From Chromera velia (lineage: Eukaryota): 49,297 bases of DNA. Made by a program: the position numbers and the translations under genes. Within the stretch, counting starts at the first letter, position 1. Each line of letters starts with the position of its first letter. Below the pieces are notes generated by a model. It worked only from the letters and a program-made list of their open reading frames with translations. It ran no database searches and was not told where the DNA came from. Location: contig JAHBMJ010000373.1 of the NCBI GenBank assembly GCA_018398765.1, positions 1 to 49,297 on the forward strand. Direction: 5' to 3'. Positions 11,340 through 24,156 of the stretch are shown here, piece by piece.

Positions 11340-12995
11340 ATATATATGACCTGGAGCTAGACCTTTAGCTACGGATAATTTTCAAAAAAAAAAAACAAAA
11401 AAGAACATACGGTCTCTAGGGCAATTTTTTTTTTTTTTTTGCTTTTCGATGATGATCTCCATCAAGATATGACAACCATATACAACACCTTGCAACAGGA
11501 AAGCAACAGTTGTATAATAGTGTAACATTCATTTATCATCATAATAAAGAAACAACAGTATAACTAGCAGTATAACAACACTTAAACAATACTTACTGAT
11601 TCGTGGAACACATCAACAACACTTAAACAACAATTTTTTTAGTTTGACATCAGAAAAAAAAAAAAAAAAAGTGAAAATGACCAATTTTTTTTGTTTTTAT
11701 TTTTTTTTTAATTACCCCTAGACCTTTAGTAACCTAGTTAGTAACTATTTCATGGAGATCTCTATCAAAATCGTATGTAAATTTTAAAATTTAAAATGCT
11801 AGGAAAAGTGCATGTGGGGAAAATTTTTTTTTGGAGATTCCCGAAATTCTTTCATCTCTAATAATTTTTGTAAATATAGAATATACATAGGAATATATGG
11901 CTATAGTCATTCATTCATATTCATTCATTCATTCATTCATTCATTCATTCATTTATTCATTCATTCATTCATTCATTCATTCATTCATTCATAAGATTAA
12001 ATAAATCTCCTAGTAAAACTTAGCCACATGATCGGCATGCCTAGTAACATAGGATAGGATTTTATGTTCCAGGAATCCCCGCGGTCCATGCACTGCCACG
12101 TATCGGCTTGCACCGATGACTAGACTGATGATATGCTTAATTTCACTATAGGAGCCACTAAGGAGCACTATAAATAAGATAGAACATTCTAGTAACTTAT
12201 ATAGATCTAGTTATAGAATAATTGAAAAGAATTAAAAAAGGTGCTCTAAATGTTAAGTTTGCCTTAGTTTAGATATTCAAACCAATTTTGGAGAGATTGA
12301 TAGGCTAGTCCATGCATACTGCACAGCTCTAAAGTATTATCATCATCATACACCATCACCATCGGCCTATGAATAGGTCTTCAGCATTTGGCGGCAACGC
12401 ACGAAACAGTTCGGTTCTTTACAACAGCAGTTCACTTTGATTTATACTTAATTCAACCAGGATGCTTCTTTCTAGGTTTCTTTTCAAACTCTTCTACTTC
12501 CGGCGCGGCATGCTTGCACATAAATGATGTTGATTCATGGGTACTTAGGGTTTATACTCAGCATAACCGTTTGGACCTAGAGCTTCAAGTTTAATTGGAA
12601 ACACTCGATCTATTTTAAAAAGTATAAAAATCAGTGCACGGCCGCCATCAGTGGGTAACACTGTGGGTTAACTCATTGATCATTATGGCATCATTATATA
12701 GTGACTATAAAATCTTTATAATGATTATGGGTGGTCTTATGAAAAAAATAAGAACTTGAAAGAGTTTTACAGCCAAAAAGATTCATCTTTATGAGACAAA
12801 CCAACTAGTTTAATCCATTTTTTGAGAAAGTGATTTTTGGGTGAGAAATCGGCTTCCAAAGTTAGGTCACTCCCCATAATCATTATGAAATTCAGAGTTA
12901 CTATAAAAATTCATAAGTATTATGAAAGTACCCCTTTAAGTTACTAACCGACTGATCGATGGGTTACATCAATTTTTAAAAATATATAAAAAGAT

Positions 12996-13031
<36 letters not shown>

Positions 13032-13210
13032 CGGCGACGGAAATAGATAAATCATTTCATCTATGCCTATAGATCTATACAGTCAAAAGAAATCTCTAAG
13101 AATCGATCTACGGATATGCGTGTACATGCATACAATCTAAAGTTAACTATATGTCTTTAACATTTACTAGGATGATATTTGCACTCTGATTTATATATGA
13201 AGTTGTACTG
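11340..13210. repeat. AT-rich intergenic island between convergent genes, including (ATTC)n at ~11908-11992 and (TA)n at ~13000-13028
   Basis: Composition shift, poly-A/T runs, frequent CTAG, AACAACAC repeats shared with other islands. Confidence 0.6.
12654..12967. mobile_element. Putative degenerate MITE / inverted-repeat element
   Basis: Imperfect inverted arms 12697-12731 (..ataatgattatggg) and 12873-12905 (cccataatcattat..), 14 bp perfect core; outer GTAAC..GTTAC; the right part resembles ~39440-39520. Confidence 0.4.
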
Positions 13211-13625
13211 ATTGAAATTCATTTGTTGGCCGTGTCTCTTATACGTATCGGTCATCCAAATCCAAGGCGCCTTCTGCAAGCAAATCATTAAAGGAAACAA
13301 CATCAAATCAGTCGGGAACACATCACTCAATCAGTCACAGTCTTTGCCCGCTTGTTTGGCAAGATCGACGTAACAACGACGTTGTGCATGTTGTACGAAA
13401 ATGTATTAATATTGCGTCAATGCAGAGAGGAAAACTTTCTGTATTGTCGATTTCTGGTTTTCTTGATTCTGGGTTCATTTCCTTGCGGACTCACTTTCTC
13501 ACTGGTCACAGTCTGTTGCTTGTGTGTGTTTTTTACCACTTGCTATTGTTTTTCATCAAGGGTACCTTCTACTCCTTTCCCCTTCCTTGTTCACTATCTT
13601 GAGTGACTGACTGACTGACTGACTG

Positions 13626-13955
13626 TTTGACGGCACCCCAAACCGCCTCGCGCAAAATGGATTTTCTGTACAGCTCCATCTGTGCCACAACAGCTGAGGG
13701 CCAAGGGGGTCCCGCCGCTGCTCCATCGGGAGGGGCAGCCGTCTCGGTCCGAGTCCCTGGCTGTGTTCCTTGACTGCTCTCTGCAGTCCGTCCTTGGCCT
13801 GCCTCCGTCCCCTGCCGACAGAGACTCCCTGGCCCAGTCGGGATGGACCTGGGCCCCCCGACTATTGCAAGAACCTCACCTGACGAGAGCAGCAACTGGA
13901 CCCACCCAGAGGACCAAGCCACTGCCCAAATCTGCTCCATCGATCAATCAGAAAA

Positions 13956-13986
<31 letters not shown>

Positions 13987-16351
13987 GAGTAGAGAACAAA
14001 ATGTTGTCCATCAATTCCATTGGGCAACATTGAAAGTGTTCAAAGGATTGAACGGAGAACGCGGACTTCGATTTTCCTGACACAATCTGGCCTCATGAAG
14101 GAAAGACTTGCTCATGCACAACAAGACCTTTCTGTGTATCGTCGACTGATAGGAGGACCGCCAATCTCATCCCAACGTGTGTGTCAGGATGCTCAAACTG
14201 ACTTGTCTAACTACTTTCCACAACTAATGAAAAACGCAGCATCCAAACAAATGAGCAGGCAGTGACCGACTGACCCCTGTTCTCCGCACACACGCGGCGT
14301 GCACTGCGAGGGGGCGGTTGCCACCGGCATAGGGGGGCTGGGGCGCTGTTGCGGGTCTGCGTCTGTCTGGTTTTCTTTCCGACGCGCTTACTGCTGTGCC
14401 TTTTTCGTCTTTGATTTGTCGTGAAGATGCGACAGAGACTTTTGAGCGTCGTCCAATACTTCTATTGAACGCCCTGGATGTCGACCGCGAGGTTCTCAGT
14501 CTTTTGAGAGAAGTGTTGTTTAGATCTGCAGATGTGGGGGGATCTAGACGGAAAGAAGTCAATTTATGGAAGTGGGGAAGCGGGCCCTTCCACACGGATG
14601 CATGGCCGGAAGGGGTCAACAAAAAGCACTCACTCGCAAGGGCATCCCAGGACCACCAACTGCCTGGCAAAAGCCCTCGAGCAAGCACACGTTTCTCCAA
14701 ACTTCGACGTGCATCCTCCACCTCAGCACTGCTCTCTTGCTTGTCTCGACCCACAGTCTCCCCCCCTTCTTGTCCTTCTGCGTCACCACTCTGAGTGTCA
14801 TGTGGGGGGGGCGTTGGATCTCCTTCCTCTCCGTCCGAGTTGGCGTCGGAGGAAACAAAACTTCCACTGGCGGAACTCGAAAGACTCGCGAAGCTGTCCT
14901 GAGACCCCCCAAACAAGTCAATAGTCGACCCTCCTCGCCCCCCCCTTGCTTCCATCAGGGCTGCCAGAAAGCTCCCAGGGGATGAAGCCGTGAGCAGGGT
15001 TCTGGCCAATCGTTCAGGGTGGTATTGGAAGAGCAGCTGCTCATGACGGGTATTCGACTTGGAAGGCGAACCGGCGGCCTCCCAAGGGGAGCCGGAGGTC
15101 GAGGAGCTCTGCTGTCCCATCTGCTTCGCCATATGCGCCGCCGTTCTGGTGGACAAGATTCCGGCAGGCACGGCACAGACCAACGAACCACCCCTGCACG
15201 CAAAGAACAAATACTCACACATGCACACGTATGCGCACACATCTGAACAGACAGGGTGGACGGGGCAGAAAGCAGGGAGACAGACAGAGAGGTAGTGAAG
15301 GAGGGAAGCTTGATCCATACGAAGAGTCCTCCAGAAGAAATGGTGGGCGAAGCAAGACCGAAGAGCCGTAGAGATTTGAGGGCATTCCACGAAGAGAAGA
15401 CTTTTTCGTGACCTTCTCGAGTGGCTTTCTGTGTGTTTCGCCGTCACAAAGGAAGAAAATAAAGTAATCGATGGCAAAAGAAACACTTCGGAAAGACCCA
15501 CGCGCACAAAAAGAGCACAGCCGGAGCCCCTTTGACTGAGCGCCCCGCTTTGGATGCTGCAGAGACAGAGGAAGGCGACAGCTCCCCCCATTTTCCTCCC
15601 TGCTTCCGTCTACTGGGAGTGAATCCCAGAGCCCTCTGCTCGCTCTTGAAGGAGACTCCTGATCGCGCCTTTAAAATCGGGAGCTGTACTTTCGCGGCCA
15701 ACGCCTTCTTTCCTGTCGGATCGACTGCAGCCTTCCTTGCACTCAACTTCCACTTATTTGCCTCACGAGCGCGTTCCGTCTCTGTTTGTCCCTTCAGTTG
15801 ATCTGTCTTGTGCCTCATCAGGTCCATCTCCTCGTCGAACCCCCTTGAGGCACTCACACCCCGCATGGCTGCAGATGCCGCCGCGTCCCGAAACGTCTGC
15901 ACTCTCTGAAGGGCCCCTTTGGGAGGCGAAACTGTGGGGGACGTCGTCTCGTGACGGGGGGGCGACAGAAGGAAAACTTCCGCAGAGACGATGCTGAGGT
16001 CCTCCGCAGAGATGTGTTTTTGAGAATTTCCCCCTGACTGTTCAGCCGCAGCCCCCGAGAATCTAGGGCTAAGCGCCATTTCCTCGAGGTCTGCCTCCTG
16101 TTGCGTCTGCTTGCGGGGGGCAGGAACAGATACCAGTGGGTGGCCTCTGCAGAGCTCGACTGTGTTGAAGACCTCCAGAGGGGAGGGGTCTTCCGTGGCA
16201 TCCCATAGAATGGCGGTGCCGCTGACGTCACAAGAAACCACCAAGTGGAGTCGTGCGGCGAGGGCTGAAATGGAGTGTTTGTGGCTGTTTGCGTAGACAG
16301 CTGCTCGTGGAGGTGCACTCTGCAGATACACACACAGAAATGTACTCAGTG

Positions 16352-16387
<36 letters not shown>

Positions 16388-19300
16388 CCTGGGAGAAAAA
16401 GTATCTGTCGGTGTTCACATGCGTGCAACTGAAAGGTTGTTTCCAGGTTTGCATGAAAGCCAATGAATCGAATCGTTTGGGAAGCAGCGGACCGTCAACG
16501 GTCATCTGGCGGGAGGCAGGAAGCAAAGAAGCAAGGAGAGAGTCAAGCAAGCCAGCAATCAGGGAGGAAAGTAAGGAAGACTTGCCTGCGACATCCACTG
16601 CTGGGGAGCGAAGAGGACCGTTCCCTCTGCGGACCCCGCAACCAGTGCCCAGGGTGTCAGCCCTGCCTGCATCACAAGAAAGTCTGTGATCTGAAGCCGG
16701 CCTGTCGGGGCGCTTGGTTCGGTCTTGTGCGACTGCTGCTGAAGACAACTCATTGAACGACCCAGAGAGCGAACACTCTCCGTGGGCGCTCCTCCTGCCT
16801 CCGTCTCCCCGTCTCCATTTTTTCCTGCTTGGCTTACCCCTCCTAACGTCGCACGAGACCGTGCTATCCGGAAGGTTAGCCGTCTCCTGTTGAATGCTGC
16901 TCTCTTTCGGTCGTACGGAGCTGAAGATGGAGCAGCAATTTGACTCATGTCTCCCCCCCCACCTGTAGGGAGTGCCAGCCTGCCCACCTCCACCGGACAA
17001 CCCCCCCCCCTGGGAGCACCCAGATCCAACCGTTTCTCTGCAACACCCCCGAAGGCGGCAGTAATGTGGAGGACGCCCTTGAAGTCCAACCAGAGAAGGG
17101 AGTCGCCGTTCGTGTGACTCCGCATCTGCATACATAGATAGCATTCAGTCAGAGAGAGAGACGCACAACATTCATAGAGCTTTGTGACCCCGGCATCTCT
17201 CTCTGCTTCTGTCTGTCATCGCGCAATACATTCTTCCGCCGCCACCCTCTCTCTCCTTCCTTTCTTTCACTGCATAAATGTGTGTAACCTGCAATAATTT
17301 CCCACGAGAGATGTAGACAGTAAAATGCGTTCACCAGTGGAAGCCTCCGATTCCGAAAAAATTAATTCAAAGACCTGCCTCCTTTTTGACCATGCAGTCA
17401 GCACGACTGCAGCAGAGCTTTCTCTAAACATGACCAATATGACTGTCATGAACACACACACACACACACACACAAGATTCAGCGCACATCCGTACTCGCC
17501 TTTGTTGGCAAGGCTTCTCCTGGCAGGCACAGGAAGAATGAGCTCTCGAGAGACCCCCTCTCCAAACTCCAAACCGTCGCAACCCCGACTGAGTCCACAC
17601 ACACCAAACCCGAACCAGTGCCAAATCCAATGCTCACAGCGGAATGAAGCTCCACTCCTCCCCCTCCCTGCGAAAGAGTACGGGGCCACTTAACCCCCGG
17701 CACTACATTACCGTCTCCCTCTTCTTCTTTTTCTGAGCGTCGATATCCTCCCGACTCCCCTCCTTTTTTATCTTCCGCCTTACTTCCCGGAGATTTCCTT
17801 CCACCCCCCGCTCCTCCTTCCCGGTCCTCCCCTTTCTCTGCATCCCCCCCCATTCCAGATAGAGCGACTAAGGTCTGCTCTCCCGCTGCTCCCTCCTCTG
17901 GCCAAGTCCTCTTGCTGTTGATTGTCACCGCTCTGTTCCGCGTCTGTCTCGTCGCATCAGCAACTGCAGACGTTCTCCCTCTCTGCCTCCCCCCTCCCGC
18001 CCCCTCATGCGGCCCCACCACTGCACCTTCATCAAAAAACTCCGACGGAGACAGATTCAAAGACCGTTGTCCCCCCTTTTTCCCCTGCACCCCCGATGGT
18101 GCCTTGGCCTTCCTCGTGTGCTCAGGAGCCAGGGAAGGCTCCCAAGTGTCTGTGGTGGAGAACCCCACCAGCTGCCTGCCAACCACAGGAACTCCCCCGT
18201 ATTCTTCCAAAGTCCAGAAAGAAAGGGACTTGGCACACAAAACCAGCTGGCTGACTTCCCTGTCGAAGTAACAACAGGACACAGAGCCGCCCAAATGAGG
18301 AAGGCGGCAGGTGAGCAGACAGTCTAGGATAGCAGAAGAGTGGATCGAGACCACTCCACTCTCCAGAACCGACAAAATCGCGTGATGACTCTTCCCTACG
18401 AACGCAACCGTGACGACGGGCAACCTGAATTCGATTTTCGGTTTGCATTGTATTCATGCAAGCAGCACGAGCACGATGTTCAAAAATGGATGAAAAGTTG
18501 AAGGACGAAAGAAGCAAAGTAAAAAGACACGGGGAAAACCTTTGTGTGCACTCACACAAACGCATTTTTCGTGCCAACGCTAAAGCACCACAGTCATACA
18601 CAACTTCTTGTCAGCACAGCGAAGACAAAAGGCAAGAGAGGGAACAACTGGAAGGGGTAAAGGAAACAGCCTATCGAGGAAATAGATTTTCCTCACTCAC
18701 GTCTCAGCAGCGCAGACGGGGAATTCTCCTCTTTTCTTTCGTGTTGTTGCATCCCAGATCTGCATTCAGGGCGCCAAAAGGGCGAAATGCAGCAGAAAAG
18801 AGTGCGCACAAAAAGAAGCAGATGGAAAAAAAGCCTAGACAGACAGAGGCAGAGCTGCCATCCAATTGAAGGGAAGGAGATGTTCTTGAGACAGATCGAG
18901 AAATAAAGTCCGTGACACACACGTCGGGATGCTCCGTTTTGGACGCAATGAGTCTCCCTTGCTTGTTTGTGGGTGTTCGCAAAAGAGGGAGCTAGAAAGA
19001 GAGGGCGACGAGGACGCGTAAGTGAGGATTTTGCTCTGACCTGAACGGTCGCACATTGAGAGGCGACTGCCAGCAGTCCGAGGCGCGAGGAGATGTCACA
19101 ACATGCGACATGGAAAGGCTGCAGAAAGCCACGGAGACGAGAACTATTTGATGCGAACAGAATCAAACTCTCTCGTTTAGAATGAATGGTTGCAGTGCGC
19201 TGAATATACGACCTAAAGAAAAGTGTGTACAAAGGAGGAAAAGACACCTTGAGACCATCAACTGGATTCCCTGAAAAAGTTTATCAAACGAAGATGTGGA

Positions 19301-22300
19301 ACGATTCGCTTCAGAGGAAAAAAAGACGAATGAACTGTCTCTGCCTAGCTGCCTACCGCTGAGGACCCATCTGCGTTCATCTGCCAGAGATGCCGGAAGG
19401 TCAGATCCACAGCGGCGATGCTGCCGTCCCCAGCCACCGAGACAACACCGAGCGAAGGAACGAACTCAACCGAGACCACCGGCCCTTTGTGAATATGACT
19501 GCAGGGCAGACAGGAAGAAAAGCACAGAAAAAGGAAGGAAAGGGATTTTCATTTCAGATTTTCAAAACCATAAAGGAGTTTCCCCTGAAGCTGTGCACAA
19601 CCCGACTTTTTGAACTTGCGTGCGTCAATTGATCATCTATGTTTGTACCTGCAGAACTGCATGTTATAAAGTCAGTTCACAAAGAAACCAAAGTCTCTAA
19701 TCTCTCAAGGACGTTCTCCCTCATCATTTCAACAGGCAGGGTGATGGATCAACCTCAGCAGCACACCGCAAGACTCCCACACCTACCGACCTGTGCTGTC
19801 GGAGCAGCGGCTCTTCTCCAGGGTCTGTCTGGATGAGCGGCGTCCCCACCAGTCTGCTGAAGGGCACCCCCTCCTTGCCCTCCCCCGATGCGACCCCGAT
19901 AGTGAGGTCGAAGGCCTGGGATATTCTGTACATCGCCACGCGACCAGACTCAAATCCTGCCAGGAGAATATTCCGGACAAACTCCAAAGGGTTCTCTTCA
20001 AGACAGGCGACGACGTCTGCGGGGTCACTCTTAACAGGAAGCGCGGGGGGAGGACCCGTCCCACCTTTACCTGAAGCCCCGCGCCGCCGCATATCTTCCA
20101 GGGCTCGTCTCTCTGCCTCTGGTAACGTATCTTCATCATCATCTGAAATCTTCTTCTCGGGTAGGTTGGAGGTGTTTGCTGTCACTGTTTGAGCTGCAAT
20201 TTTCTCGGTAGCTGTTTCACTTTGTTCATTTTCTTCTTCCGCATTTTTTGAAGTACCGAAAGACTTCACTGAAGTGTGTGCCTCGCTCTCTTCTCCATCA
20301 ACTCCTGACGCGTCCCTTTGGACTTCTCTTTCCCCTCCAGCGTTTTGAAAACTTCCGGTTCGGGGCTTCTGCTTCCCGTCATCCCCTCCTCTTTCTCCCT
20401 GTTGAGTCTTGGCCCTTTTTTTCTTGAAGCCTCTTGCCGTTCTCCCCGAGGCTTTCAGTCGCAACTCAGTCAAAGATACTGGGAGAGAAAGAGCGGTTGG
20501 GACATTTACTAGGGAGGTGTCGGAATTTTGCTGTTGGTGTTGCTGTGTTTGCTGCTGCTGCCTGTTGGAGGACGAAGGCGGCCTCTTGCAACCCTTCCGG
20601 AGAGGCCCGTCCGACCCTAGGAGGGCAGCTCGGAATACATGGGTCTGGTGGAGGCCTGCAAGTATTAATGAAGCAGATGGATGATTCGTTCGGAACACTC
20701 TTTCTCAGTCAAAATCAGGACAGTTGTGCATGTAGAAAGAAGGGAAGGAACACAAAGAGGGAAATCAAGTGGAAGTCAAGTGAAGCGCATTAATCACCGT
20801 GCACCTACCTGCACGGTCCTCCATCCGCTTCCGGTACTTCCCCACTCCCCACCCCCTTCCAAACTGACCGACCAGAGTCTCTCTTTCCAAACGCCCTGTA
20901 TGCCTGGTAGATTGCGATGTGCCCGTCTCCAAATCCAAGGGCCACTCTTCGGGTCTCAAGCTGAGACGCCATCGCCGTCACGTAGAGGCAGCTGCGCGTC
21001 TGCATCGTGACATGAAGACCCGGAGTTGGTTGGAAAGAAGAAAGAAAACTCAGCACGGAATTCTGCCAGGCTTGTCTAAAAAGACAAATTCGGAATTCTG
21101 CCAGCAATCTGTTGTGCAACGCGACGAAAAATGAAACTCAATGAGTTTTGCCCCAGCCTGCCCTTCGTCTTTCTACCTGCATGTCCAAGTGAATGTCTGT
21201 CTCCCTGCCCGAATGCTTGCCTGACGGTTTGTGACCTTCTCAATCAGCGTACTGGTGCAATACACTGACTAACCTTTGCTACGGCTGGTTGTAGGTGGAG
21301 CGTCCTTTTCTCTCCAATTTGTTGCTGTGCGAGCTCAAGTTCCTTGAACAGAGGCTGAAGGAGAACACCGGAGCTCCGGGCAGTCTGGGCTTCTAGCATC
21401 TGAAGAAGAAGAAGAAGAAGAAGAAGAAGAAGAAGAGGGAGGGTGAGCTTTTTTTTGCCCATTTATTCGTTGTTTTGGGTTTTCATGCATCGGCCTGATT
21501 AATTGAAGAGAGAAAAGTCTTCACGCAATCCTTCGGACCAGGGTGACGGAACAAAAGGGAAAACAGAAGACGACAAGCCATCCTGCTGGAGGTAGGAGAA
21601 AGCACGGTACTGTGTGTGTATTACCTAGCTCGTGTGAATATGGCGCGAAAAAAAACATTGAATGACAATTGGCTACTCTTTAAAAATGCGGCGGCAAATT
21701 ATGCACAAAGTAAGAGGTACTCAGCGGACGTTCACTCACGTCTTGAGGCGTCACCACTGGGTGGTTGGCTGGAAGTTTCTCTGCTGCTGGGCACGTGGGA
21801 GTGCTTGCGACTGGGAAGAATGCGCTCCCGGCTACTCCAGGGGAAACGTTCTCCGGGGATGAGGGGGAGAAGACACTTTCTCTGGGTGTTTGTGCAACCA
21901 GATTTTGCAAAGCGTCTCCCTTCAAATCAGAAGGTGAGGTGTCAAACTGGACACTCCTTTTTGTTATCAATCCAGTATGTTCTAACCCTTTCAATCGCGC
22001 TTCGGGACTGGATTCTTCCTCCCTCATTCCGCTTCTCGCCCTCTCGCTGATCACCCTCTTTCTTTCTTCCTTTGCCATTCGACTTCGCATCATCTCTTGT
22101 GCCTCTGGAGGGAGGTCCGAGAAAAGAGACGATTGACCTAAAAGAGGATCAGCTTTCGAAGTCTGACGGCTCGGAGCCGCGCTCTGGGCCCTGTCAAAAA
22201 AAGAGAGCACACGCAAAGGGTTACGTTACAGCAGAGGGACGGCATTTAAAGAAAATTTCAGACAACAACAAACATAGGCAAAACCGCCCAGCTCTTCAAT

Positions 22301-23389
22301 CCAAATCGATGCTGAATAACATGCAAGCCTGTACACCGAAGTGAAGAAGGCACAGCTGGAAGAACTTTTCATACTGCTTGTTTGTAGTGTTGCAGCTGAG
22401 AATCTTACAAGAAAAAACGTTCTGAATCGCACATTCCCTGACAAAGCCCCCCATGTGCAGACAGTCACTCTGCTGACCTGCTGGCACCCGTTTGCATGCT
22501 TGGTCGTCGGCTGGAGGTGAGAGGCCGTCGATCGGTAGCGCCTCTGGAGGGACCCCGGAAAGATCCGTTGAGAGAGGACGGACTCCTTGGAAGACGCGTA
22601 AAGTCCAAGAGAGGAACTGCTAAATTTCTCTTGTTTGAAGGTTGATGAGACTCATGGGCTGTGACTGCAGAAGACTGCTGATGTTTTTGACTTGGGTCGT
22701 TGTCCTTGAGGGGGTCTCCTGTGCTTTGGCGGTTTGCTGTCTGTGAGACTTTGGAAGGTTGCGGCTGTGCTTGGATTATTGTTGAGACACTTCGCTGACT
22801 GGAGGGCGGACGGGGAGTGGCTTCATTTCCCCCTGTAGCTACGACAACTTTTGCAGCTTTCTCTGCAAACATGTTTCGTCTTTCTTGAGACGCTCGGCTT
22901 CTTTCCCTTTCCCTCTCGCGTGCTCTCTCTTTCTCCCTCTCCCGATCTGCAGCTGAAGGCTTGAGAAGAAAAGAAATAATGTCGTCAAGGACGGATCCGT
23001 CAGGGAGGGGGAGACGAGACGCTGCGAGCGCCTGCATCTGTAAGAAGGGAGCGGCAAACCCCACGTTCTTCACTCTGAGGGCCTGCTGTCCGAATGGGGC
23101 AGTCTGGTTCACCTGCACACACAAATAAACATCAGGACAGTCTACCTGCTCTTGTCCTATTCTGTCCACAGGAAGCGAATGCAGGTCAAGGTGGCCCAAC
23201 GTGAGAAGATCAAGGGGTCTGCTGACTGACAGAAATCGAAAAACACCCCGCCAACTGATTAGGGGGTCGCCTAGTCAGCCAGACCGACAGACGGACAACC
23301 TACCTATACGACTCCTTTTTTCAAGACAGACAGACAAGAAGAAAAAAGGAAGGAAGGAAGGAAGGAAGAAAGAAAGAAAGAAAGAATTA

Positions 23390-23421
<32 letters not shown>

Positions 23422-23425
23422 AAAA

Positions 23426-23465
<40 letters not shown>

Positions 23466-24086
23466 AATAAATTTATTTACCCTCAGAGAAGGGCAATAAA
23501 AACTTTTTTTTGCAGTAAGTTCCGGAGACAATGATAGACAAATTGCCAAAGGGAGACAAATTTGCATGCAGAAGCATTGATCTATCTATCTTTATACGCA
23601 CCTGCGGAAAGAATGTATCCTGCTCTCTCTGCCTCTCAACGAGTAGATTCAATTGTCGTCTCTCCTCTAGCATTGCAGAATCCCGTTTTCCGCTTTCACG
23701 GATCTCTCGCAAGATCTGCTTGAATCGTAAACGCGCAAATTTGACCCCTCGCAAAGCCCTCTCTTGCCACTCCTTTTCTTCTTCCAGTGCTTGCTGCCCC
23801 TCGGCGCTGTTTGCGTTCCCTCCAGCTCCTCCTCCTGGAGCTGTCCCCGTCTTCTGCTGCTTCTTTGATTGCTGGTGCTTCTGGAAAACCTCCCATGCCA
23901 ACTTTCCAGCAGCTCCCCCGAGACCTGACGTCCTTCTGTCCTTCAACGATCTCTCTGCCTCCTTCTTCCGGGCTCGGGCCATGAGGGCGCCTGCGCGACT
24001 GACCATCTCCTGCACCAAACAGGAAGGAAAGAAGGAAGGAAGGAAGGAAGGAAGGATGCAGCACCGAGGTGCCCTCTCCACAAAAC

Positions 24087-24124
<38 letters not shown>

Positions 24125-24125
24125 G

Positions 24126-24156
<31 letters not shown>

